In this document: positions 43,372 to 51,918 of the stretch, in pieces
Layout: the number at the start of each line of letters is the position of its first letter
Position numbering within the stretch: the stretch's first letter is position 1
From: Anaerolineae bacterium CG2_30_57_67
GTDB lineage: Bacteria > Chloroflexota > Anaerolineae > Anaerolineales > Villigracilaceae
NCBI GenBank assembly: GCA_001872455.1
Contig: MNXJ01000071.1
Location: forward strand, 55,830 to 119,829
DNA length: 64,000 nt
Direction: 5' to 3'
The notes under the pieces: generated by a model
Databases searched by the model: none
What the model was told of the DNA's origin: nothing
Seen by the model: only the letters and a program-made list of their open reading frames with translations
Translations under genes and position numbers: made by a program

Positions 43372-44381
43372 TCTACCGTCTGCTGCGCCCCCTGCTCTTC
43401 CGGCTGGAACCGGAAGCCGCGCACCAACTCACCCTGCGGCTGATTGCCCTCGCCGGGCAAATTCCACCCGCCCGCTGGGCGCTGACCGCGCTCTTCGCCG
43501 CGCCCGCCCGACCGGTGAACGCCTTCGGCCTGCAATTCAAAAACCCCGTTGGCCTGGCGGCTGGTTATGACAAGGACGGCCTCGCCGTACGCGGGCTGGC
43601 CGCTCTCGGCTTCGGCCACCTCGAAATCGGCACCGTCACCCCCCGGCCCCAGCCCGGCAACCTGCGCCCACGCGTTTTTCGCCTTCCGCAAGACGAAGCC
43701 GTCATCAACCGCATGGGGTTTCCCGGCCAGGGCATGGAAATCGTCGCTGGCAACCTGCGCCGTGCGCCCGGCGTACCGCTGGGCATCAACCTCGGCAAAA
43801 ACAAAGATACCCCGCTGGAAGCCGCCGCCGAAGATTACCTGGCGCTCATGCGCCGTTTTTCCGGCCAGGCCGACTACTTTGCCATCAACATTTCATCGCC
43901 CAACACGGTTGGCCTGCGCCGCCTGCAGGGCCGCGCCATGCTGGAAAACCTGCTGGCGGCAGTCGCCCGCGCCCGGCGAGAACTGCCGCCCGCGCCCATC
44001 CTGGTCAAACTCGCCCCCGATTTGAGCGATGAAGAACTGGATGACGCGCTGGCCGCGATTGTGGCGAACGGCATGGACGGCGTCATCGCCACCAACACGA
44101 CTCTGCGCCGCGAAGGGCTGACCTCCCCGCTGAAAATTGAATCCGGCGGCCTGAGCGGACGCCCGCTGACGGCGCTGGCCGATGCCACCCTGGAGAAAAT
44201 TGTCGCCCGCCTGGCTGGCCGGTTGCCGGTCGTGGCTGTTGGCGGCATTCTCACCCCTGCCGACGCGCGCCGCAAGTTGGAACTGGGCGCAACGCTGGTA
44301 CAAATTTACACCGGTCTGGTCTACGCCGGGCCGCGGCTGGTGCAAAAAATTATTCGTGAAATTCCTGCGCCTGGTAAGTGA
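43368..44381 (+). CDS. pyrD: dihydroorotate dehydrogenase (quinone), class 2
   Basis: GLAAGYDKDG, EIGTVTPRPQPGN and NISSPNT motifs. The GTG start overlaps the dnaE TGA (GTGA). Confidence 0.9.
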   Translation: MIYRLLRPLLFRLEPEAAHQLTLRLIALAGQIPPARWALTALFAAPARPVNAFGLQFKNPVGLAAGYDKDGLAVRGLAALGFGHLEIGTVTPRPQPGNLRPRVFRLPQDEAVINRMGFPGQGMEIVAGNLRRAPGVPLGINLGKNKDTPLEAAAEDYLALMRRFSGQADYFAINISSPNTVGLRRLQGRAMLENLLAAVARARRELPPAPILVKLAPDLSDEELDDALAAIVANGMDGVIATNTTLRREGLTSPLKIESGGLSGRPLTALADATLEKIVARLAGRLPVVAVGGILTPADARRKLELGATLVQIYTGLVYAGPRLVQKIIREIPAPGK

Positions 44382-44913
44382 AAACTTCCAGGCGCTTTTT
44401 TTGCCACAAATCGGCGGGCGCGCCCATTTTCTGGCACAGGTGATTCAAAAATTCGCTTTTCTCTGGCAGCTGCGCCCAAACTTGTGGCAAAAATGTCGCC
44501 CGCCGCAGCCCGTCGCGCAGGGTGACGCCGTCCACGCCGGAGCGCAGTTTGGCGGGTAAATCTTGCGGGTTGGTGTATTCCAGCGGCTGAGGCGGCGTCA
44601 GGTACGAGAGCTCAATGTGAATTTCTGGCAGTTCTTCCGGGCGGACGGGTTCAAAGCGGTAGTCGTTCAGCGCGGCGTCCACGGCGTGTTCGCGCACATC
44701 GGCAACCAGCGGCTGGTGCGCTTCGAGTGAGCCGACACAGCCGCGTAGGTTTCCCGCCTCCGTCAGCGTGACGAAAGCCGCGCCGGGGCGCAACAAAACC
44801 TCCGGCAGGTCGGCGGGCAGGGGCGGCAAGGCTTCGCCGCGCACGGCGGCTGTCAGCGTTTGGCGCGCCAGGTGAAGCAGAATCTTCTGCTCGGCAAGGG
44901 AGATGGGGGTCAT
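44350..44913 (-). CDS. AMMECR1 domain protein
   Basis: LRGCVGS motif. 187 aa from MTPISLAEQ. The convergent 3' end overlaps pyrD by 32 nt. Confidence 0.8.
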   Translation of the reverse strand: MTPISLAEQKILLHLARQTLTAAVRGEALPPLPADLPEVLLRPGAAFVTLTEAGNLRGCVGSLEAHQPLVADVREHAVDAALNDYRFEPVRPEELPEIHIELSYLTPPQPLEYTNPQDLPAKLRSGVDGVTLRDGLRRATFLPQVWAQLPEKSEFLNHLCQKMGAPADLWQKKRLEVFTYQAQEFHE

Positions 44914-44914
44914 G

Positions 44915-45394
44915 CTAAATTTTGGTGTAGCCCTGATTGAAATAAACCAGCGGCGCACCCGTCGGTGCGCTTTGGGCGGCCAGCACTTCGGCGATGAAGA
45001 GCGTGTGTAAGCCAGAAACAATTGTGCTGACGACGTGGCAGTCCAACCAGGCGAGACCATTTCGCAGCAGGGGAGCGCCGCTTACCAGCGTGAAGGTTTC
45101 CAGCCCGGCGAGACGGTCGAGTTCATCGGGAACGCGCCCGGCGAAACGGTTGGAAATTTCTTCTTGTCCGATAGACAAAATGGTAACGCCAAACATGCGA
45201 GATTTTTCTACCAGGTCGTGCGTGCGCGTATTTTGCGCCAATGAAATTAGAATTTGGGGCGGTTCCAGTGAAACGGATGTGAAGGAACTGACGGTCATGC
45301 CATGCGAAACATTGTTGGCCGTTGCGGTGACAATCGTCACGCCAGTTGTCCAAAAACGCATTGCCTGGCGTAAAATAGCGGGGTCGGTAGGCAT
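44915..45394 (-). CDS. flavin reductase-like FMN-binding protein
   Basis: Split-barrel pattern GVTIVTA...HGMTVSSFTSVSLEPP. 159 aa. Confidence 0.8.
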   Translation of the reverse strand: MPTDPAILRQAMRFWTTGVTIVTATANNVSHGMTVSSFTSVSLEPPQILISLAQNTRTHDLVEKSRMFGVTILSIGQEEISNRFAGRVPDELDRLAGLETFTLVSGAPLLRNGLAWLDCHVVSTIVSGLHTLFIAEVLAAQSAPTGAPLVYFNQGYTKI

Positions 45395-45461
45395 TAATTC
45401 TCCAGTGGTAAATTTCTTGCATCATACTTCCGGCCACAGGTTGCGTCAAGGCGATTCGGCG

Positions 45462-45597
45462 CTGGTGATACTCCACATCTTTGCTTTTACTCCAGCCTGC
45501 CAAGCGGCATTGGCTCATGTGTAAAAAATATGCAGCCTTTTTTTACACATGAGCCGCAACATTTATGTCGCTTTTGGCGGCCTATGGTCATCATCAG
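45462..45597 (-). mobile_element. MITE-like element family A, copy interrupted by a 50-nt hairpin in its core
   Basis: The CTGGTGATACTCCACATCTTTGCT... left end matches copy 47616. The core is split by GGCTCATGTGTAAAAAA...TTTTTTTACACATGAGCC. Confidence 0.65.
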
Positions 45598-45642
45598 AAT
45601 TCGGCGGTGGATGTTCTGTCAGACGCGCTTAACTTTCAAGAG

Positions 45643-46542
45643 ATGAAAATGAAAAAAGAACCTTTGTTGCTGATTGTTGGCGGTGTGGCGCTGGCTTTTT
45701 TTGTGGCGCTGACGGTAAATCCCGCCTTCTTTCACACTGTTTATAAATCGGGATGGCAAACGTTACGCAAATGGCAGGCGCTGTGGGCGTCGTCAGATTT
45801 TGGCGACCCGTTACCGGTGACGCCGCTGGCGCTGCGACTTTCTCCGCTGGATGGCGCGCCGTTGGTATTTATCCCGACTGGCGAGTTTGAACTGGGAACG
45901 AACGAAGCCGCCTACGCCAAAAGTCAACCGGCGCATCGTGTGTATGTGGATGCTTTCTGGATGGACCAGATGGAAGTTTCCAACGCGCAGTATGCGCGCT
46001 GTGCGCTGGCTGGGGCGTGTACGCCGCCCCTGAATGGCGATTATCCCAACCGCTATTTAGACTCTACCTATGCCAATCATCCGATCACGTATGTGGTCTG
46101 GTCTCAGGCGATCGCATATTGCGCCTGGGCCGGGCGCAGACTGCCCACCGAAGCCGAATGGGAACGTGCGGCGCGTGGCGAGGATGGCCGCTTATATCCC
46201 TGGGGCGATACTCCGCCCGATATTTTTCGCTTGAATTACAATGACAACATTGGCGACACCACGCCGGTAGACCGCTATCCGTTTGGAGCCAGCCCGTATG
46301 GCGTTTTGAACATGGCCGGTAATGTACGCGAATGGGTTTCAGATTGGTTTAATCAGGGCTACTATCTGCACTCACCGTATGAAAACCCCGGTGGGGCGCA
46401 AAACGCTGAAAACAAGGTACTGCGAGGCAGTTCTTTCACGGATGATGCTTACCAGAGCGTGGCTTTTAATCGCTACGAACATTATCCCATGTCGCCGGGC
46501 GAAAATCGCGGCTTCCGTTGTGTTGAAGAGGACACAAAATAA
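45643..46542 (+). CDS. formylglycine-generating-enzyme (SUMF1) family protein, membrane anchored
   Basis: Contains EAEWERAARG, YPWGD, GNVREWVSDW, RGSSF and GFRCV. N-terminal TM helix. Confidence 0.8.
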   Translation: MKMKKEPLLLIVGGVALAFFVALTVNPAFFHTVYKSGWQTLRKWQALWASSDFGDPLPVTPLALRLSPLDGAPLVFIPTGEFELGTNEAAYAKSQPAHRVYVDAFWMDQMEVSNAQYARCALAGACTPPLNGDYPNRYLDSTYANHPITYVVWSQAIAYCAWAGRRLPTEAEWERAARGEDGRLYPWGDTPPDIFRLNYNDNIGDTTPVDRYPFGASPYGVLNMAGNVREWVSDWFNQGYYLHSPYENPGGAQNAENKVLRGSSFTDDAYQSVAFNRYEHYPMSPGENRGFRCVEEDTK

Positions 46543-46553
46543 AGGAATTTAGG

Positions 46554-47561
46554 ATGAAAAAACAAGCGCAATTTTGGCTGGGCGTGTTGGTCAGCCTGTT
46601 ATTTCTGTGGCTGGCGTTGCGCGGCTTGCGTCTGGGCGATTTTTGGAGCGCCATCCGCGCCGCCAATTACTGGTGGATTTTGCCCGGCATCGCGGTCTAT
46701 TTTGTGGGCGTGTGGGTCCGCGCCTGGCGCTGGCATTACCTGCTGGGGCCGATTAAGAAAATCCCTACGCGGGTGATGTTTCCTATCACCGCCATTGGCT
46801 ACATGGGCAACAATATCTACCCGGCGCGCGCGGGCGAAGTCTTGCGCGCGGTCATCCTCAAGCGCAAGGAGGGTGTGCCGGTTTCTGCCGCCCTGGCAAC
46901 CATTATTGTGGAAAGAATTTTTGATGGCGTGGTGATGCTGGCTTTCGTTTTTGTCAACCTGCCAGAGCTGGCAAAACTGACCAGCGCTTCGGGCTTTGTC
47001 GGCAACATTCAGCAGGTGGCGATGTGGGGCACGGCAGCCTTTATCGGTGCGCTGGCAATTTTTCTGCTGGCGGCCATGTTCCCTCAAAAAACGGCGGCGC
47101 TGGGTGAATGGGCGCTCGGCATTGCGCTTCCGGCGCGCTTTCGTGAAAAAGCCAGCGGAATTATGCACCGTTTTCTCGATGGCCTGGCCTCGTTACGCTC
47201 CCCTTCCAACGTGCTGATGGTGTTTGCCACCTCGCTGGTCATCTGGTTGCTGGAGACGGCAAAATATTGGTTTGTGATGCACGCCTTCAATTTCACAGTT
47301 TCATTTTTCGCGCTGATGCTGATGAACGGTATCGTCAACCTGGCGACAACGATACCCTCCGCGCCGGGTTACATCGGCACCTTTGACGCGCCCGGCATTG
47401 CCGTTCTGACGGCTTACGGTGTCGAACAGGCCACCGCCGCCGGATACACCCTGACACTGCATGTTGCGCTGTGGCTGCCGATTACCTTACTGGGCGCCTG
47501 GTTTCTGGCGCGCGAGGGCATTCACTGGAGCGACAGCCTGCGCGGAGAAATGAGCGAATAA
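46554..47561 (+). CDS. flippase-like (UPF0104, lysylphosphatidylglycerol-synthase TM region) membrane protein
   Basis: Eight TM helices with the family-typical WRWHYLL region. Confidence 0.7.
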   Translation: MKKQAQFWLGVLVSLLFLWLALRGLRLGDFWSAIRAANYWWILPGIAVYFVGVWVRAWRWHYLLGPIKKIPTRVMFPITAIGYMGNNIYPARAGEVLRAVILKRKEGVPVSAALATIIVERIFDGVVMLAFVFVNLPELAKLTSASGFVGNIQQVAMWGTAAFIGALAIFLLAAMFPQKTAALGEWALGIALPARFREKASGIMHRFLDGLASLRSPSNVLMVFATSLVIWLLETAKYWFVMHAFNFTVSFFALMLMNGIVNLATTIPSAPGYIGTFDAPGIAVLTAYGVEQATAAGYTLTLHVALWLPITLLGAWFLAREGIHWSDSLRGEMSE

Positions 47562-47615
47562 GAGTATGTCTCCCACAATTCGTTCAAATTTGGAATTGCC
47601 GGAAAATTACCGCGC

Positions 47616-47711
47616 CTGGTGATTTCCACATCTTTGCTCCACCCTGCAAAGCGACATAAATGTCGCTTTTGTCCGCAGGACAAAAACTGGCGACTTATGG
47701 GTAATCACCAG
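47616..47711 (-). mobile_element. MITE-like element family A, 96-nt copy (inverted orientation)
   Basis: CTGGTGATTTCCAC...core AAAGCGACATAAATGTCGCTTT...GGGTAATCACCAG. Confidence 0.75.
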
Positions 47712-47712
47712 A

Positions 47713-47844
47713 CAGGGGTTTCTTAAAGTCACACTGCTTTTTATCGCGAATAGTGCGAATTGACGAATGGCGCGAATAACCCCAGTGAAATTTGTGGCAT
47801 TTGCTCATTCGCGTTGGCTGTTTTTCGAGTTTAAGAAAGCCCTG
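47713..47844. mobile_element. 132-nt MITE-like element family B, flanked by a 10-bp direct repeat
   Basis: Terminal inverted repeats CAGGGGTTTCTTAAAG / GTTTAAGAAAGCCCTG. AATCACCAGA is present at 47703-47712 and 47845-47854. Confidence 0.7.
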
Positions 47845-47863
47845 AATCACCAGACCGGGCTGG

Positions 47864-47892
47864 TTGACAGATTTCTGGTTTGGTTGTAAAAT
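47864..47892 (+). promoter_or_regulatory. sigma70-type promoter of tRNA-Ala
   Basis: TTGACA, 17-nt spacer, TAAAAT. The tRNA starts 24 nt downstream. Confidence 0.6.
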
Positions 47893-47915
47893 CGCCGTCG
47901 CCTCAAAAAAGGTTT

Positions 47916-47988
47916 GGGCCCATAGCGCAGTTGGGAGCGCGTCTCAATGGCATTGAGAAGGTCGCGAGTTCGAATCTCGCTGGGTCCA
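47916..47988 (+). tRNA. tRNA-Ala (anticodon GGC)
   Basis: Cloverleaf folded by hand: 7-bp acceptor with G3:U70, loop AUGGCAU, T-loop TTCGAAT. CCA is not encoded. Confidence 0.9.
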
Positions 47989-48030
47989 CAAAAATAGGTC
48001 AGGTGTACGCCTGACCTATCAAGTTATTAA

Positions 48031-48332
48031 AAGTCATGGCAGGAGTAGTAAGCCATCCCGTCAGCGAGTTGGGAGCGAAAGGTGGAAGCCCAACGTAGCA
48101 CCCAGCGGGAGCGCACACACCCAAGCGGGTGCCAAAGGCCGAACTCGCCCGCCACCCCTCACGGGGAGATTGTGCTGGTAAATCTGCTTAAGCATTCAGC
48201 AGATAGTCAGCGCCGGGAAAGCCCGTTACAGCGCCAAAGTGGTAACACGAACTTCATCTCGTGTTACAAGCCGGGTGGTACCGCGGAGTCAGCCTTCGTC
48301 CCAGTTTTGTGGACGGAGGCTTTTTGTTTTTT
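48031..48332 (+). promoter_or_regulatory. T-box riboswitch leader of leuS
   Basis: AGCGA bulge (48074-48078), distal-loop GGTGGAA (48081-48087), GAA-CTC-G specifier candidate (CTC at 48144-48146), T-box GGGTGGTACCGCG (48273-48285), terminator 48292-48332. Confidence 0.85.
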
Positions 48333-48348
48333 CAAAAGCGAGGACCGA

Positions 48349-50826
48349 ATGAATAAAACCTATACCCCAAAAGAAATTGAACCCAAGTGGCAGGCCAAAT
48401 GGGAGGCAGATGGTCTCTATCACGCTGATATTGACCCGAACAAACCCAAACACTACGCGCTGACGATGCTTCCTTACCCCAGCGGCGACCTGCACATCGG
48501 TCACTGGTACGCTATGACGCCCTCTGACGCACGCGCACGTTACATGCGCATGAATGGCTACAACGTTCTGTTTCCAATGGGATTTGATGCCTTTGGCCTG
48601 CCCGCCGAAAACGCCGCCATCAAAAGCGGCATTCACCCAATGGCGCGCACCCGCGATAACATCGTGCGTATGCGCAAACAACTGCGCTCAATGGGCACCA
48701 TGTTCGACTGGCGGCGCGAAATGGTCTCGTGTGAGCCGGAATATTACCAGTGGACAGAATGGTTTTTCATTCAACTCTATAAAAATGGTCTGGCCTACCG
48801 AAAAAAATCACCGGTAGATTTTTGCCCAAATTGCAACACCACCCTGGCGCGTGAGCAAGTATGGGGTGACGACCGTCACTGTGAGCGTTGCGGCACGCCC
48901 GTTATCAAAAAAGACCTGGAACAATGGTTCTTCAAAACCACGAAATACGCCGATGAATTGCTCTCTTACGAAGGCATTGACTGGCCGGAACGCGTGCGCA
49001 TCTTGCAGACCAATTGGATTGGCAAGAGCGAGGGCGCAGAGGTTTATTTTCATGTTGCTGATGGCGCTGCGGCGCTGATGACCATCTTTACAACTCGCCC
49101 GGATACGCTATGGGGCGCAACCTTTATGGTCATCTCGCCGGAACACCCGCTGGTAGAAAAAATCACCACACCAGAGCAGCAGGCGGCAGTACAAACCTAC
49201 AAAGCTCAGGCCGCACGTCAGAGCGATATTGAGCGCGAGGCCACTGACAAAGAAAAAACCGGCGTTTTCACCGGCGCATACGCCATTAACCCGGTCAACA
49301 GCGCAAAAATCCCGATTTGGATTGCAGATTATGTGCTGATGAGTTACGGCACTGGCGCAATCATGGCCGTACCGGCGCACGATGAACGCGATTTTGCCTT
49401 TGCCCGAAAGTTTGAGTTGCCCATTATCCCGGTCATCCAGCCCGAGGGACAGCCCGCTCTCGATGGGGCGACGATGGAAGTTGCCTATAGCGGTAGCGGC
49501 AAAATCGTCAACTCTGGCCCGTTTAACGGGACATCCGTAAACGACAAAAAAGGCAAAGAAAATCCCGGCATCATTGCTGTCGCCAGGTGGCTGGAAGAGA
49601 AAGGCTTTGGCAAATTGGCCGTGACCTACAAATTACGCGACTGGTTGATTTCACGCCAGCGCTATTGGGGCTCACCCATCCCGATGATTTATTGTGAAAA
49701 AGACGGCTGGAATCCAGTTCCCGAGGACCAATTGCCCGTAACTCTGCCCGAAAATGTGGCGTGGAAGCCAACCGGTGAAAGCCCGCTGAAACTGCACCCC
49801 ACCTGGAAAAATACCCTCTGCCCGGTCTGTGGCGGCGCGGCCACACGCGAAACTGATACGATGGACACATTTATGTGCTCATCATGGTATCACCTGCGCT
49901 ATCTCTCCCCGCACTTTTCAACTGCGCCATTCGACCAGCGCGAATATGATTACTGGATGCCGGTGGATACCTACACCGGCGGCATTGAACACGCCAATAT
50001 GCACCTGATGTACACACGCTTCTTCCACAAAGCCCTGCGCGACATGGGCATCACCAAAGGCAACGAGCCGATGACACAGTTGCGCAATCAGGGCATGGTG
50101 CTGGGCGAAGATAACGAGAAAATGTCAAAGAGCCGTGGCAACGTCATTTCTCCCGATTTGCTAGTAGAGAAATATGGCGCGGATACCGTGCGCGCGTACC
50201 TGATGTTTTTTGCGCGCTGGGATATGGGCGCGCCCTGGGATAGCCAGGGCATTGAAGGCTCAGCGCGCTGGTTACGGCGTGCCTGGACACTGATAACGGA
50301 CAGCACAACTAATCAGCCGCTGGCTACGGCTGAAGTACGGCGCGACATTCGGCGCAAAGTTCATCAAACCTTAAAACATGTGACCCGTGACTTTGAAAAT
50401 TTCGAATTCAACACGATCGTTTCGGCGCTGATGTCTCTGTTGAACGACTTGTACAAAGCGCGTGAAGCCGGCGCGGCTGGAACACCAGAGTGGCGCGAAG
50501 CGATGGAACTCTATGTGAAAATGATGGCGCCGCTGACGCCCTATGTTGCCGAAGAATTGTGGGTAAATGTGTTGGGAAAGCCCTACAGCGTCCACACCCA
50601 GCCCTGGCCGGTCGTAGAGGAAGAAGCGGCCCGTGACGATGAAATCACCATTCCGATACAAGTTAACGGAAAATTGCGCGACCGGTTGACGGTTTCGGCT
50701 GATGCAAGTGAGGCACAAATCAAGGCGCTGGCGCTGGCAAGCGCAGCGGTGCAAAAATATTTGGAGGGGCAAACGCCTAAAAAGGTGATTGTGGTACAGA
50801 AAAAGCTGATCAATATCGTCGTATAA
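48349..50826 (+). CDS. leuS: leucyl-tRNA synthetase
   Basis: HIGH motif (DLHIGHWY) and KMSKS. 825 aa from MNKTYTPKEIE. Confidence 0.95.
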   Translation: MNKTYTPKEIEPKWQAKWEADGLYHADIDPNKPKHYALTMLPYPSGDLHIGHWYAMTPSDARARYMRMNGYNVLFPMGFDAFGLPAENAAIKSGIHPMARTRDNIVRMRKQLRSMGTMFDWRREMVSCEPEYYQWTEWFFIQLYKNGLAYRKKSPVDFCPNCNTTLAREQVWGDDRHCERCGTPVIKKDLEQWFFKTTKYADELLSYEGIDWPERVRILQTNWIGKSEGAEVYFHVADGAAALMTIFTTRPDTLWGATFMVISPEHPLVEKITTPEQQAAVQTYKAQAARQSDIEREATDKEKTGVFTGAYAINPVNSAKIPIWIADYVLMSYGTGAIMAVPAHDERDFAFARKFELPIIPVIQPEGQPALDGATMEVAYSGSGKIVNSGPFNGTSVNDKKGKENPGIIAVARWLEEKGFGKLAVTYKLRDWLISRQRYWGSPIPMIYCEKDGWNPVPEDQLPVTLPENVAWKPTGESPLKLHPTWKNTLCPVCGGAATRETDTMDTFMCSSWYHLRYLSPHFSTAPFDQREYDYWMPVDTYTGGIEHANMHLMYTRFFHKALRDMGITKGNEPMTQLRNQGMVLGEDNEKMSKSRGNVISPDLLVEKYGADTVRAYLMFFARWDMGAPWDSQGIEGSARWLRRAWTLITDSTTNQPLATAEVRRDIRRKVHQTLKHVTRDFENFEFNTIVSALMSLLNDLYKAREAGAAGTPEWREAMELYVKMMAPLTPYVAEELWVNVLGKPYSVHTQPWPVVEEEAARDDEITIPIQVNGKLRDRLTVSADASEAQIKALALASAAVQKYLEGQTPKKVIVVQKKLINIVV

Positions 50827-51053
50827 GCGCAGACGCCACTGATAATGTTATCCGCCCCCGTTAATCCGAGGATTGACGGTGTGAAAAGTTTAAAAATTTT
50901 GGTCCAAAAAAGTCTTTTTGTGCACGCAAAGGTTGTCAGAGCGGAGTGGGTGAAGTGCAAAATCTTCGCAAAGCGCCCTGCAAAGGACATGATTTTGCTC
51001 GAAAGTCGGGAGACTTTCGACTCCATCCCTGACATGATTTGCGCGCACAAAAG

Positions 51054-51150
51054 CTGGTGATTACCCACAAGTCGCCAATTTTCGTCCTGCGGACAAAAGC
51101 GACATAAATGTCGCCTTGCAAGATGGAGCAAAAATGCGGGTAATCGCCAG
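51054..51150 (+). mobile_element. MITE-like element family A, 97-nt copy
   Basis: CTGGTGATTACCCAC...AAAAGCGACATAAATGTCGCC...GCGGGTAATCGCCAG. Flanks are ACAAAAG / ACAAAAAG. Confidence 0.75.
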
Positions 51151-51160
51151 ACAAAAAGTC

Positions 51161-51189
51161 TTGTCAAAGCAGGTGGCTTCGGCTATAAT
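51161..51189 (+). promoter_or_regulatory. sigma70-type promoter of tRNA-Val
   Basis: TTGTCA, 17-nt spacer, TATAAT. The tRNA starts 14 nt downstream. Confidence 0.6.
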
Positions 51190-51202
51190 CCCGCCTCGCT
51201 AC

Positions 51203-51276
51203 GGGCGCGTAGCTCAGTTGGTTAGAGCGCATGTATCACACACATGAGGTCAGGGGTTCGAGTCCCTTCGCGCCCA
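51203..51276 (+). tRNA. tRNA-Val (anticodon CAC)
   Basis: Cloverleaf folded by hand: acceptor GGGCGCG/CGCGCCC, anticodon stem CATGT/ACATG, loop AUCACAC, T-loop TTCGAGT. Confidence 0.9.
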
Positions 51277-51341
51277 CACTCGCAGAAAGGCCCCGCGTAT
51301 GCCGCGCCTGGCCTTTGGTTGAACGGCACGAAACCATATCA

Positions 51342-51387
51342 AAACAAACAACACGCCCCTGTGGTTTTTGGGCGCGTTGTTTGTTTT
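51342..51387. terminator. bidirectional hairpin terminator between tRNA-Val and the DinB-like gene
   Basis: AAACAAACAACACGCCC, 11-nt loop, GGGCGCGTTGTTTGTTT, with A/T runs built into both arms. Confidence 0.6.
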
Positions 51388-51423
51388 ACGATGATGATGA
51401 ACAGTAATCCGCGGCAGAAGACA

Positions 51424-51918
51424 CTATTCGGTTTTGGCTCGTGGCAGATGCGATGACGTGATACTTTGCAAATGCTCTTCGATGTGCGCCAGGCCGTACT
51501 CAGCCCAGGCTTGCAGAGCAACTTCGCCCAGCACTTCGTGGCGGCTGACGCGGTTCCAGGATTCAATCGGCAGGGTGGAAAGCCAGTCTACCAATTCGTT
51601 GATGCCGTATTGCAAAGCAGAAAGAATTTCGGCCAACGATTCTGCTGGCTGGTAACTGTTTTTCAACCACTCATCGGCGTCGAAATTAGCAAAGGTAGGC
51701 GTGTTTTCGTTGGCGGTACGGCGCAGGCGCAGGCCATAGACTTGTTCGTGTACGTCGCGGACGTGCGCGGCGATTTGGTGCGTGTTCCAGCCGCCGGGTT
51801 CGAGCGGAGCGAAGATATCACTGACGGCGCGGCAGACGGCGCAAAATTCAACGGCGGCCTGGCGGGTGCGCGCCAGCAGGCGGGCGCGGTATTCCAGCAG
51901 TTCCTTGTTATTGGGCAT
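51424..51918 (-). CDS. DinB-family (DinB_2) metalloenzyme-like protein
   Basis: Four-helix-bundle pattern with conserved His residues (HQIAAHVRDVHE..., ...HIEEH). Confidence 0.6.
   Translation of the reverse strand: MPNNKELLEYRARLLARTRQAAVEFCAVCRAVSDIFAPLEPGGWNTHQIAAHVRDVHEQVYGLRLRRTANENTPTFANFDADEWLKNSYQPAESLAEILSALQYGINELVDWLSTLPIESWNRVSRHEVLGEVALQAWAEYGLAHIEEHLQSITSSHLPRAKTE

Noticed and set aside
45643-46542. FGE/SUMF1-domain protein as a diversity-generating retroelement target
   Set aside because: The C-terminal C-type-lectin-like fold is a common DGR variable region. However, there is no reverse transcriptase ORF and I found no template-repeat copy of 46420-46520 in the window.
47916-48348. 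Functional link between tRNA-Ala and the adjacent T-box
   Set aside because: The specifier candidate is a Leu codon and the regulated gene is leuS. The tRNA is Ala(GGC) with a G3:U70 pair. The adjacency appears coincidental.
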